The notes: generated by a model not told the origin, from the letters alone. Shown: positions 35,246 through 47,099, numbered from the whole stretch's first letter. The stretch: 63,192 nucleotides of DNA, filler included, from Hausera hauseri (GCA_046269625.1; 10 parts of 10 records of this genome joined end to end with filler, not necessarily neighbours in it); one strand, 5' to 3'. Program-made: numbers and translations.

Positions 35246-36691
35246 ACTCCTACTAATAATTCCGACCTTCTTCGTCGTTATTTTCTGTCTTCCCTGCCAA
35301 CATCCATTCGAGCTCTACTTACAGTAGTTGATGAGTCTACACCCATTGAAAAACTTGCACTACTAGCGGATAAGAGTTTCGACATTCTTCAATCCAACAG
35401 TTCACAGCCAGTAGCAGCATCGTCCATATCCAAGCCTCCAGAAATACCATCCACCGAGTCACAGGAGCAGACTCCCTCAACCTCGAAAATCCAACAGCAG
35501 TTTTTGAAACCAATGGATGTTCCGTCATATTCTCCAACAGCAAACACGCTCTTGAATGATGTGTCGCCAGCAGTTCCTTATGAACTTTACAAGGACTTTC
35601 TAGACCCAATATCCGAAGCCCTAGACATCATTTACCATTCTATTAATGAAGAACATCTGTCTACTCCCAACAAAACAAGCATCATCGATCAACTAAACTT
35701 TATTCGAAATAAAGTAACAGAAAAAGCGATTCAACACGCAGCATACTTGACCTCATTTAATATTTTGCAGGTCACAATATCGAAGAAACTGGATCATATA
35801 CCATTAACGAAAGAGACAGTATCATCGAGCGCAGTAACAACCGTTCCAGTTCCATCCCCAGTTCCATCTTCACAACCCACCAAGCCGTATGCAGCAATAG
35901 TGAAAGAGTCTGCCTCGGCCCGCCCACCCCAGCAACAGACGTTGATTATAAAATCCACGCTTTCTAAACCTCTAGAAGCGACGAAAAAATGCGTGGAACG
36001 GACTCTTCACAAAGAGCGCTTACTCGTTGAAAGAGTAGATTTCACAAAACAAGGAACAATTCTAGTACACAGCAGTGATCCTGAAATACTAAGACAATTA
36101 GAAACTCATTTAAAATCAGATGTTTCCCAAAAGGATTTACAAATAACACGGAAAGGTCCAGCAACCGGAAAAATTATAGTCTTCAGCGTCCCGAACTATA
36201 CCCCAACGTCTGCCGTCCAAGACGCTATGGTTCACGCGTATCCAGATTACAGCCTGGAAGACGTAAAATTTGTTAAAGCCCCTCCAGGGCGGTTAGATTC
36301 AAAACATGTGGTGCTAGAAGTACCCTTGTCTTTACAACGACTCATCCTCTCAGAGAAAAACCAGGGCCGTCTTCTGGTCGGATTATCCCGTTGCTTAGTG
36401 AAAAGATACCATGTAATTTCACGCTGCTCTCACTGCCAGACAATTGGTCACCCAGCGACTCGTTGTCCCACTCTGGATCAACCCCCAATCTGTGGGAAAT
36501 GCATGTTGACACACTCCACAGACAAATGTGACATTTCCTCAACAAAGTATCAGTGTATTAACTGTACTCTAAGCAACAAAGAATTACAGACAAAATATTC
36601 TGTAAATCATCATACAGGAGACCGCACATGTAGAACATACCAAACAACTTCGAGGGCCTTGCGCCTTTCACTAGAGACAGTAAAAGCTTAA
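35246..36691 (+). CDS. Hybrid ORF1: Gypsy Gag C-terminal capsid segment fused in frame to LINE ORF1 with three zinc knuckles (5' end open at the contig edge)
   Basis: 86 stop-free codons from 35246 (TPTNNSDLLRRYFLSSLPTSIRALLTVVDESTPIEKLALLADKSFDILQSNSSQPVA...) run into ORF 35504..36691, which ends in CSHCQTIGHPATRC, CGKCMLTHSTDKC and CINC..H..C. Confidence 0.85.
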   Translation, partial: TPTNNSDLLRRYFLSSLPTSIRALLTVVDESTPIEKLALLADKSFDILQSNSSQPVAASSISKPPEIPSTESQEQTPSTSKIQQQFLKPMDVPSYSPTANTLLNDVSPAVPYELYKDFLDPISEALDIIYHSINEEHLSTPNKTSIIDQLNFIRNKVTEKAIQHAAYLTSFNILQVTISKKLDHIPLTKETVSSSAVTTVPVPSPVPSSQPTKPYAAIVKESASARPPQQQTLIIKSTLSKPLEATKKCVERTLHKERLLVERVDFTKQGTILVHSSDPEILRQLETHLKSDVSQKDLQITRKGPATGKIIVFSVPNYTPTSAVQDAMVHAYPDYSLEDVKFVKAPPGRLDSKHVVLEVPLSLQRLILSEKNQGRLLVGLSRCLVKRYHVISRCSHCQTIGHPATRCPTLDQPPICGKCMLTHSTDKCDISSTKYQCINCTLSNKELQTKYSVNHHTGDRTCRTYQTTSRALRLSLETVKA

Positions 36692-39600
36692 CATTCTTAT
36701 TAGGACAGTTAAACTTACAAAATAATCGTTCAGCTACATGTGCGGCAATTTCTTATTTTATACGTAAAAATTATTCTTTAGTGCTTCTGCAGGACGTCTA
36801 TCTGTTTCGGGGTCGCCCTTTAAGTTTACCCCTTCATTACCCTATATATTCTTCAACAAACCAAAAAGCCCACATCATAGTTTTAGACCCCAATATAAAG
36901 CATACCATCTCATTAAAAGCAGACAATGTAATTTTCATAAATATAACATTCGACTCAACAATTTGGAGTATTGGAACCCAGTACTCCCCTCCCTCAGGAG
37001 ACCTTTCGGCAGATTTGGCGTCCTGGAGTGGACCTTCTCGTTTAAGCAAGTTTTTGGTTTTTGGTGGTGATTTGAACGCCCATAGTCCCTTGTGGGGCTA
37101 TAATCACGAGGACTCCAGGGGTCGTTCATTGATTCATCATTTTCACAGACAAGGTCTGATCTGTTTGAATGATCCCTCGAGCCCTCCGACGTTCGAATTA
37201 CCCCACATTTTTGGATGGCCTGATGTTACCCTTTGCTCTTTAAATGTGTTTTCCCTCTTCTCTACATGGGAAGTTGATCGGGATCTCAATTTTGCTGATC
37301 ATCGTCTGATAACAGTAACTTTCCAGCAAACAATTACTTTACTTCGAAACGCCGTTTTCGCACAAAAGGAGTACCGTTGACCAAAGTCACAAACGCAATT
37401 CTTTCCGAAATAACCCCTTTACTACCTAAGCTAGCAACTAGCACAACACCTATTGAAGTAGACACTATAATTGAACAATTCGAGGAAAAGATACTTTCCC
37501 AAAGTAAACTTCATTTAAAACAAAAACGACAAAATTATCGTCCACAAGTAAAGTGGTGGTCACCGGCGCTCCGTGCGCAACGAAATAAACTCAGAGCTCT
37601 TTATCGGCGGACTAAATTTGACTCATCTTTAGAAATTCAAACACAATACAGACGTTTCAAAGCGGTCTACAAAAGATCGATACTTGAAGCAAAACGGAGA
37701 TCCTGGCAACAATTTTGTGAAGGAACGACCTCAGCTTTTGGTACGACGCAAAAGTTAGCTTTTGGCAAAAACTTGTCCTCCACAGAACTCCTAGCTCTCG
37801 ATAACTTGCCCCCAACAGAAGTCGTCTCTCGCCCCTTAACTCTAAAGTTTATCATCAACTCAATCTTTGGCACTGAAGGAATTCGTCCTTCTTCACTTCC
37901 CTCTTCTCTACCCTCAGTAGCTCCAACTCATCCACTTACGCATAATGAACTAAAAACTGCTATATTTTCTTTTAAAAAAACAAAAGCCCCAGGTCCAGAT
38001 CAGCTAGATCATATTTTATTACGATCCCTCTATTCCAAAAACCCAGATCTCTTCCATAATCTTTTCTCAAATCTATTCAATTTTAATTACTTTCCAACTT
38101 CCTGGAAAAAAGGGGAGGTCGTTCTTTTTCCTAAAAGGGGAAAGAGTCCAGCATTGGAGAGCTCTTATCGTCCAATAACACTTCTTCCAATTTTAGGCAA
38201 AATTTTAGAAAAAATAATACTAAATCGTATAGAATTTCACATTTTCCAAAACAATTCCTTTCATCAGAACCAATTTGGCTATAGCGATAGGAAGTCTACA
38301 GAATCAGCAATTATCACAGTAATAGACCTAATTCAAAAAGCCCGTGATTCGGCCAATTTTTCTTTAATCGTCTCAATAGACTTCAAAAATGCTTTTGATT
38401 CCCTTCCTTGGCCCCAGACTTTAAAGCTCCTCACTTCTTTAAATCTCCCTCAAGAGCTCTTTAATCTGGTTTCTTCTTTCTTGAAAAATCGTTCAGCGAT
38501 AGTGGATTGGACATCCCCCAAAAATTTAATTTATTTTACAAAAGGTTGTCCCCAAGGTTCTTGTCTGGGACCCTTCCTCTGGAAGCTTCTTTTAAATTCC
38601 TTACTTTCGACATTCACCCTAGTAAATTCAGAATTGATAGCATATGCAGACGACCTGCTTCTGGTGGCGTGGGGATCCACTCAGATCTCTCTGGAGACAA
38701 CAGCTACGAAAGCTCTCCAATTTATCGAAAACTGGGCAATAAATAATAACATCAAAATTTCTACAGAAAAGTGCCAAGCTGTAGTTTTTCCAAGGCACGG
38801 CCCAAGACCTCGAAACCAACCGAAGAAACATGCCTTTCACTGCAATAACATCCACATGAAAAGAAATCCCACATTAACAATCAACAATCAACGCATCCCA
38901 ATTAATCTGGAACTCTTATATCTTGGTGTAACCATTGACAAAAATCTTTCTTGGATACCACATTTACGGCAGAAAAAATCTCAAATTCAATTAATAATCC
39001 AAAACTTATTTAAATTCGCGGCAGTGAACGGTGGTGTTTCCACCACGATACTAAAGATCTGGTACAAAGCCATTCTTGAAAGAGTGGCTCTGTACGCCGC
39101 TGTTAGCTGGTCGTCTTCCCTCTCAAAAAAAGGTTTCGAGCTACTACAATCAATCCAACGGATGTGTCTCATTTTAATATCCAAAGCTTACAGGAAGACT
39201 TCCACTGCCGCGCTGCAAACCCTAACAGGAACTTTGCCAATCGATTTACAACTGAAAAAAGAATCTCTTTTGGCCACAGCGTATCGGTTTCGCAGAGACT
39301 GTCAGCTGGAGGACTTGCGGATTCGAGCTTCTTCTCTCGCAGAGAAACCATCAAAATGGACATTACCCCCTTATTCAAAATTACCTCTTTTGGATCCTTT
39401 ATCCCACCAAGAAAAACATTCCTCCTTAGAAATTTACACAGATGGCTCGAAGCTCCATTTAGGAACGGGAGCGGCCTTTTGTGTCTTCCAAAATAATGAA
39501 TTAATCCATTCAGAGAGTTCAACTCTGGGAGATCGGAATTCGATCTTTCAGGCAGAACTCTTTGCCATTAAACAAGCAACGTCTTGGTTTCACTCTTCTT

Positions 39601-40298
39601 CGTTCGAGTCTGCAACTCTTCTAACGGACAGTCGTTCAAGTTTGGAAATACTGCAAGATATTTACAATAAAAATCCAATAGCCCTAGAAATTTTGCAACT
39701 TATTCAAATTCTTGAGAAACCTCTCCACTTTCGCTGGGTGAAAGCCCATGTAAATGTAAGAGGGAATGAGTTAGCTGACACGCTGGCCAAATCTGCAGCT
39801 TCATCGACGACTCAGAACCGTCAGTGTCTTCCAGTTCCTCCTTCATTTATTAAAAAACTACTAAAAGAAAAAATCGAGCAGATCTGGCAGACCCGATGGT
39901 CCAACCCACAAACAAAGGGACGCTACACCTTCCAGTTCTTCCCTAAAGTCTCAACTGCCCTCACTCTCATACACCGAAATTTGTTTCTATTTTTTACCAA
40001 TCACGGTCCATTTAACGAATACTTATCAAAATTTAATAAAGCACCAAACACATATTGCATTTGTGGAGGAATCTCCAATTCTCAACACTACATCTTTGAT
40101 TGTCCCTTAACTTCACAATACCATATTCGCAAATCCTCTACCATTCCCCTCCCGAATTGGACTTCTCTCTTACTCACTCGACAAGACTTACAATATAAAA
40201 TAATAAATTGCATGAAATACATAGAGGACAATCAGTTAACATTTCAAAGTGTTAATCCTCCTCTTCCCTCTTCTGGCAGAGACTCTGACGGTTTCTGA
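36690..40298 (+). CDS. LINE ORF2 (APE-RT-RNase H-CCHC), R1/LOA-like, with a single frameshift near 37340
   Basis: QLNLQ, GGDLNAHSPLWG, FADHRLI; APGPD, YRPITLL, DFKNAFD, GCPQGSCLGP, YADD; IYTDGSK, QAEL, TDSRS, WVKAH..GNELAD; CICG..H..C. Confidence 0.93.
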
Positions 40299-41199
40299 TG
40301 TACGCAAATTTAATGAAATTACTCAGCTACAATTATATAAAATGGAATTTTCAAAAAAAAAAAAAACTTCAAATTTCCTATGTTTGTTAACATTACAATA
40401 AACGAACTAATTTCACTACTAAGGAAGATATATCACTATATATTCTGTAAAATGTCGAATTAAATATACCAATGTCATTATTTAAGAATCAGTACCTGTA
40501 CAACAACTGAAGCTCATGGGCTTCCTATTGTATCAACCAATGTATTTTTTTAAATTTTTTAATAAATCCATACCGGAAATATATAGCCATAAACCTCACG
40601 GTTGGCTTCCGGTAGGTTGAAATTGAAATTGATTTAATTATTTTTTTAAGGCTGAAACTAGCCTGTACTTTTCTGTAGATACAAAATATTCAACAGATTC
40701 TTTCTTTCCGGAAAAAATCTGAATTCCTGAAACAAAATGTCCATTTACATATAAAATCCAATACAAAATTTCAAAATCTATCAACCATTTTAACGCCGGC
40801 TGTTTGTTTTTAATCTATACCAGTGTCAACATATTTACATTGACCAAATTTCGGCAATCTAAATGTAATATAATTCGTACGCAATCATCAATGTCGGTTA
40901 TGTTTATGCATCCTAGTTTTAGTTTCAATTTTCAAAAAATCGGAATAAACGTTTAACTAATGCCAATTAACAAATTTAGCATATGGTAAATTTAAAATTT
41001 TTTGCAGTGGCGATCATCTGTTTCATGTAATTATTGTCGTATACTTATTCTATAAATTGGAATGCTGTATGAATAGTAGTGTTCATAAATTGCCATATTA
41101 ACCGAGTATAGAAAGTGATGCCGTTGAATGTGTAATATATTTAGTAAAGGAGGGTTTGCTCGACAAAATCGGCGGATCGAAATCCGCACTATCACTTGG

Positions 41200-41526
41200 C
41201 TTATTATCTCTCCTCTCCTTTACGATCCTTGTTCACTCGTTTCAACCATTACACTTCGTCGAATTACTCTACCATCTTCCATATTTTCAGCTCCCACCGA
41301 TGCAGCGAAATTTGTCAAATTATTTGATACGGTCCTTCGAACTGATAAGCATCTTTTCTTTTCTGAGGGTCTACTTTCACGAACACTTTTTGTCCAATTT
41401 CAAAATTTTGTTTCCCTCTCTTCCCCTCGAAATTTTCCATTCAGTTAGCTGCCTCTGTAATATGTCGTGTAATACTTTGTGTCAGTTTGCTATTATCGGT
41501 CTGCCTTGTGACTCCTCCATGCGTTC
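41200..41526 (-). mobile_element. 3' end of a Gypsy integrase with PPT
   Basis: Minus strand NFEIGQKVFVKVDPQKRKDAYQFEGPYQII, followed by the purine tract AAGGAGAGGAGAGA. Confidence 0.7.
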
Positions 41527-41626
41527 NNNNNNNNNNNNNNNNNNNNNNNNNNNNNNNNNNNNNNNNNNNNTTAATTAATTAANNNNNNNNNNNNNNNNNN
41601 NNNNNNNNNNNNNNNNNNNNNNNNNN

Positions 41627-42156
41627 TCGCGTGAAAGATCATGCTTCATGACTTTATCCAGCAGTTTCTCGATTGCCTTGAAGTAAGCCTCTGGGTCTGC
41701 ACCATTTATTCTGTACCCGGGCGCTTTTTTCAGGTCTTTGCAAAGCGTTGAGGATCGAGCGAAAGCCTTCCCTAGTCGTTTTAGATATGCAGTTATCTTC
41801 GCATCTATTGTCTCGTATCTTTCTGGTGCTTCTTCTTCCAAGACGCATTCAACCATGATTTCCCGTTTTGCCGCCAGGGTATTCATTTATTTAAAAAAAT
41901 TTTCACATCCTTTAATGAATTTCTCCACGTCGTGTCCATTCTTGAATTTGTTGGGCAACAATTGGTTCGCGAAAATGTCCATTGTGGCGTAAGTCGCCAT
42001 GTTGGCCATGGACTTATCTACGCCGTCCACATCGTTGTCCCGCTTAGGCATGGTTGGAAAATCTCCGCCCCCTGATATGTCCGCTAAAGTAAAATTTGAT
42101 TGTTTGTAGATATTCATTGCAAAGTTAACACCAGTTTTAGAAAATTTTATTGTCAC
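41627..42156 (-). pseudogene. N-terminal Gag-like fragment of another LTR element
   Basis: LLPNKFKNGHDVEKFIKGCENFF*..VLEEEAPERY..YLKRLGKAF has a retrotransposon capsid-NTD-like pattern. Confidence 0.5.
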
Positions 42157-42329
42157 TCAAAATACTTATTTGGAAACAAATTTTCCAAAATTCCAAATTT
42201 AAATCATACTTTATTGTAGCACATTTAAATTAAATTTTTAAAATTTAAAAATGTTTCTAATTTAAATCTAGAATTTTGGTTCTCGATTATATTCTCACTT
42301 AAATTACTCACGACACGCATGCATCAAAC

Positions 42330-42539
42330 AATTACGAATCTTCCTGGGTATATGTAATTGCTAAAGAAATATTATCAAAAAATGTGCGGTATACCCGGAA
42401 TAGTCGAATCACTATGCGGAAAAAGTAAAGAAAAACTCGTTTGGTCGGATAACCACGAAAAATCATTTGAAGAGTTGAAACAAGCATTAACCGACACATC
42501 GGTATTGGCATATCCAAACTCTAACAAAGAATTTATACT
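42330..42539 (+). pseudogene. Gypsy RT thumb/RNase H junction fragment, interrupted by the LTR of element D
   Basis: FLGICN..KLVWSDNHEKSFEELKQALTDTSVLAYPNSNKEFIL ends just before the expected TDAS. Confidence 0.8.
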
Positions 42540-43261
42540 TGTTAGTAGTTGAAGGTGGGCCTTGTCCAACACCCAACTATAACAATTCGTGAATTCAAAT
42601 TTAAGATAGTTTTAATTAAGCAGATAAGTTCTAACGTTCTCGTTAGAATGTTTGCACTATTTTAACTTGCAGGTACTGCGTGCGGTGAATGCGTAAATTA
42701 CAAAACTCTAGTCTTAACTATAGATTTTAGACAAAAGATTTTATACCCTAGTGTCGTGCTAGTCCCTCTTAAAGAGCGACGGAAAACTATAGCAATTTTA
42801 AAATACAATATATATTTGAAAACACAATAAAAATACCACACCGATTGAATACAGTTTCAAATTAAATCGTCAACAAGAGTAATACGTCTTCGAATTAACT
42901 GAATACTCTGAAATCGCTTTGCTAATCGTTCACTGAATTTTTCGCCTTTCTACTTGTTCGATCTAATGATCTAAGCACTGCTTTATATACTAGCGGATTT
43001 TCTATTTACAATTTGATAATTCGTTTTCTCGAATTTCCGATAACTTTTACAAATAAACATTCAATTTATTTCATTATACCAATGATATAATCAACTATAT
43101 TCTGTACATAAACTAATTAATTCAAGCTTTATACTTGTAAACATCCACATAAATTAATTCATTTAAGCCTCGATTATTTACATAACAATTAATCATTGTA
43201 CATCCGTTATAATTTCGATTATGTACATACTCACGTCTGGTAGTAGTTGTACTTTACGACA
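42540..43261 (-). repeat. 3' LTR of element D (about 720 bp, TG...CA)
   Basis: Minus strand starts TGTCGTAAAG right after the PPT GGGAGGAGAAA (43262-43272) and ends ...ACTAACA at the break in the host RT. TATA-like GTATATAAAG at about 42981-42990. Confidence 0.75.
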
Positions 43262-43271
43262 TTTCTCCTCC

Positions 43272-44225
43272 CTAAACGGCACTCTCAAATGTGCCCATTG
43301 CGTCAGTTGAGGTGCCGGGAATTTGTTGTAATCGTTCCATTCGTCCGCGTAAGTCCGCTTCCGAATCTATTTCGTTTGATGGGGATCGCGAGTCAATATG
43401 ATAGGATGTATTGGCCTGTTCGGGGACTATCTCTATTATTTTCTTATTTTCTCCGTTCGAATAATATCTCAGCCTTGTAGCCTCGGCTCTGCATACCGGG
43501 CAGGTCGTCTTCCCATTTTTCAGGGTCCACGTTTCTAAGCAGTATCGGCAGTACTTGTGACTGCAATCTTTATTATCTAGGACTACGAATCCTTGGTATA
43601 GGTCCGCATCGCAAACGGGACATTCTTCTTTTTCAGCAGCATCAATGTCCACAAGATTCTCGTCCACTTCTATTCTTTCAAACACGAGTCCTTTTCTGTC
43701 TTGGTACAAATATCCGTACAATCTCTTTTGATTGGGGTCTATTGAACTTTTTCTTGGATCGTCAGATACTGCTACTAGGGTCCATTCTACTATTTCTTGT
43801 TTGTCCAGATCGGGTATTCCAGTTTTCTTATATTGTCTTTTTAACTGAATTCTGACTTGGGTGTCCACGGGAATTGTTAACCTGTTAGTGCCACTTTTTG
43901 ATTGAAATATTGGGGCTAGGTATCTGCCTATGGTGTGATCTTCTCTGGCATATCCGTTTCCACTCACTATTCTTCTTGGAACGGTGGACACGTAAAATAC
44001 AGCCTCTTTGATTTTTCCTCTGCTGTAATATTCGGCCATAACGAGGATTTTCTTGTACTCTTTCACTTCGCCGAATTCTGTAACTATGATCGGGGTATCT
44101 TCCTCCCAGTTCTTCCTGAGAACGTTAACTTCTGACTTAAGAGATTTGGATTTCGTAATTTCCAACGGTTTTCCACTGTCCTCTTTCCTTTTCTCTCGAC
44201 TTAATATTCCTTTCTGATTATTCAT
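43272..44225 (-). CDS. C3HC4 RING-finger protein, C-terminal part of element D ORF3
   Basis: CPVC-x14-CSHKYCRYC-x12-CPVCR. The stop codon overlaps the PPT. Confidence 0.85.
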   Translation of the reverse strand: MNNQKGILSREKRKEDSGKPLEITKSKSLKSEVNVLRKNWEEDTPIIVTEFGEVKEYKKILVMAEYYSRGKIKEAVFYVSTVPRRIVSGNGYAREDHTIGRYLAPIFQSKSGTNRLTIPVDTQVRIQLKRQYKKTGIPDLDKQEIVEWTLVAVSDDPRKSSIDPNQKRLYGYLYQDRKGLVFERIEVDENLVDIDAAEKEECPVCDADLYQGFVVLDNKDCSHKYCRYCLETWTLKNGKTTCPVCRAEATRLRYYSNGENKKIIEIVPEQANTSYHIDSRSPSNEIDSEADLRGRMERLQQIPGTSTDAMGTFESAV

Positions 44226-45779
44226 GGGTTCCTCCGGAATTGGGTTATCTATTGTTGATCCTTTTTCGTCAATTTACCCTTACTGGTCTTGCTTCTCTTT
44301 TTATGGATATAATCCAGGAAGGAGATTTTCGTCTTCTGCCCTTTTGGTTTTTCTGACGCATCACATTTTATCATCGGTTCTTCTGAGCCTTACTAGTTGA
44401 TGGCTTCTGTTGGTTGTGGATGGTTATTCGCATTCGGTTCGGTCCTTGGGGTTCGATTTATCGATAACTTGGGTATTCACTAAACCCTTTTCGGAATTTT
44501 TGTATCAGTGGTTTAGGATTATTGTCAGATATCGCATACTGTACAGGCTCTCTAGGTTTCCATTCGTGATCCCATCGTAAATGGTCACAGACATTCTTGA
44601 TACATTTTGTTCGCTGGCTCGCCGTCATTAATTTCGGGAAATAAATCCTTCGCCATTCATGGCTTCAAGCATCATCTTGAACTGCGATTCGGGCGACGCT
44701 GAGGCAAGAAGTAGACATCCTCTTTTCCGCATTAAGGTGTTTTCCACTTGACTCACGACAGTGGGGTTTCGGCTTATTTCTCGGATGCCGGCTAGATATT
44801 CCTGTCTGATTCGTAATCTTTCTAGTGCTTCGTGGACTCGGAATTCAGTAACAACGTATCCATATAAACAGTGGCTGATGTCTTCTTGGATTTCCAAAAA
44901 ATCTTTACCTTTTTCCAGTTGAGGTTTGGTAATTCCAGTAACATCGGGGAAAGTATCTTTGATTCTAACCCGAGGTGCAATTATCTTGTTCACGACTCCT
45001 TCTTCGTTTGTATTCCTAATGGAGATTTCGATCGGAAAGTACCACCCTTCATCCTTTTCTCCATAATTCACTGCTAATATCCGGGTATTTCAGCCATCTG
45101 AGACTAATCTATACGATTCCCCGTTTTGTTCAATCTCATCTTCTGAAGGTTTCTGAATGTATACTAGCGGGGGTAACGGCTTCATTATCTCGGTTCTCCA
45201 TGTCATTTCGATCATAATTTTGGTTGGAATGTCCGCGATTCTAAACTACAGTGCATAATCAATGAGGCTAAAACAGCATAGCTTATAAGTGATAAATTTC
45301 CATTGTTGCCCTTTTTGCATACTCCAGGATTGTCCTACGATCCTGTACTGAATTTCTTCATGAGCGACATGTATGTACAATTGCTGGTGTGTTGGTTCAT
45401 AATGAATTAGGTCCCTCAAGTGATACACTCGTACATCCTTGGGATTTCTCATGGCGTATAATCGGACCAGTCTGTTTTCTTCTAGACCCCATTTTAACCC
45501 GTTTGGTATTTCGCTCTCTTTGGTGAATTCTCGGTAATTAGTATTTTTCAAGTTTTCCCCGATTTGTCAGTATAAGCTTTTGGATAAGAGTTTTAGGACC
45601 GTAACATGCTGTTGCAAGAAACTATCAATGTCGAAACTGGAACTGTTTGAGGAATTCTTCACCTTCTCGGTCATACTTACTCTGCTGAAATAAAAATAAA
45701 GGTTAAGCCTAAGACAGATCATCGTTTTGAAACAAAACATTTTATCTGTCCGATGATAGGATAACCCGATCTGTAATTG

Positions 45780-47090
45780 TCAGGTTATGCTATCATAAAG
45801 TTCGTCTTGGTTCTCTTTTACCCATTTATCTCCCTTTCGATTTTTACCGCGTTTATTACAATATTTGGAGACTAGAAAAATCATCGCTGTTATTATGACA
45901 AGAACGGAAATTGACACACTAAGTATAGTTATTACTGATAAGCTGTTCGGTTCGGTAGAACTTTGTGCCGTAAACACGTCTAGTGTACTAATATCATGAT
46001 ACGACATTGCTTCAATTTTTACCAAGAGTTCGTACTGTAAACGTTTTAGGGTTCTTACCCTCTGCAGTCATTCTGATTATGTACTCCTGTTGTGATCGTA
46101 ACGTCTTACATGCCGTCCCTAAACTATTCTTTTTCAGGATTACGACTTGGTTAGTATGTAGGGTGCGACACTCAATTTTGACGTCTGTATTTAGTACTTC
46201 TTCAGCGTAGAATAGAATCCTATCGCTCTTCGTTAGGATTTTGACCGGTATACTTCCTAGAATTTCGTTTGTAGTGATAATCGTGATGCTGCGGGCTGTA
46301 CTCGACGTCATGGATGGTTTTCCCGTAGTGGTCAGAAATGGGAGTTCCCATAATCCGTTCTTTGGACGATATCCTCTTAGGAAAACACTCCGTTCACCTG
46401 GATAGGTATCGTACAAATCAAATTGTAGTTGGTACCTTTGTCCTAGTTGTATTACACAGCATACGGTGGGGCGTCGCTTTGCCAATGAACAATATGGCGG
46501 TCTAGAAATAGAAGCGTTCAATGGTGTAAGCTGGACAGAAATTTCCTTGTCTTCAGGTCCTCCGAATTTGGTTCTGATTTGAATGCATTGGTTCTTAAAA
46601 TCCTTGTGAATTTAGACAATGTTGTCATCTAAGAGTCTGTTAATCGGATTGGTGCTTCGAATTATTTCGTCCGTTTTTGCTTGATTTGCATCCTTTTGTT
46701 GCGGCATTCGTATTGTGAGCTCTGAAGCTAAGTCGGCTTGAGCCCCAAATTTATAGGAATAAAATATCTGGAAGCTATATCTATAGACTTTTCCAAAATC
46801 TAAATTACAGCATCTCCTGTAACGTCCGCATGGAAAATCACACACTCTTATATCGTCTCCAGTAGTTACAAATGTTATTTGAAATCCTATGTGGCTCTGA
46901 ATAGGTTCGTCTGTTTCAAACCATGCGCATGGTTTGCTCCAGTCCATATCGCGTATTCTAAGCGTCTGTAAATTTTTGATAACCTTTTGTTTTTCGGTTC
47001 TAGCGCTTGATTTCACCGTAGGTATATATGAAGCGATTAACGATAACGCTAGGACGATTTGTACATAAGATATTGGTCTAGTCACTATTA
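45780..47090 (-). pseudogene. Type I membrane protein (signal peptide, three FN3-like repeats, TM, short tail) fused to the integrase C-terminus
   Basis: ISYVQIVLALSLIASYIPTVKS signal; CCNLDFGKVYRYSF, CCVIQLGQRYQLQF, CKTLRSQQEYIIRM; TM VITILSVSISVLVIITAMIFLV followed by basic residues. One stop (46612) and one frameshift (about 46020). Confidence 0.65.
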
Positions 47091-47099
47091 ACGATGCCT

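Larger units (their letters stand above)
35246..40366 (+). mobile_element. Near-intact non-LTR retrotransposon (R1/LOA-like, with RNase H)
   Basis: Overlapping ORF1/ORF2. An A14 tract at 40353-40366 is the candidate 3' tail. Confidence 0.9.

Noticed and set aside
35387-40372. CTTCAA at 35387 and 40367 as a LINE target-site duplication
   Set aside because: Only 6 bp; Gag homology continues past the first copy and does not resume after the second.
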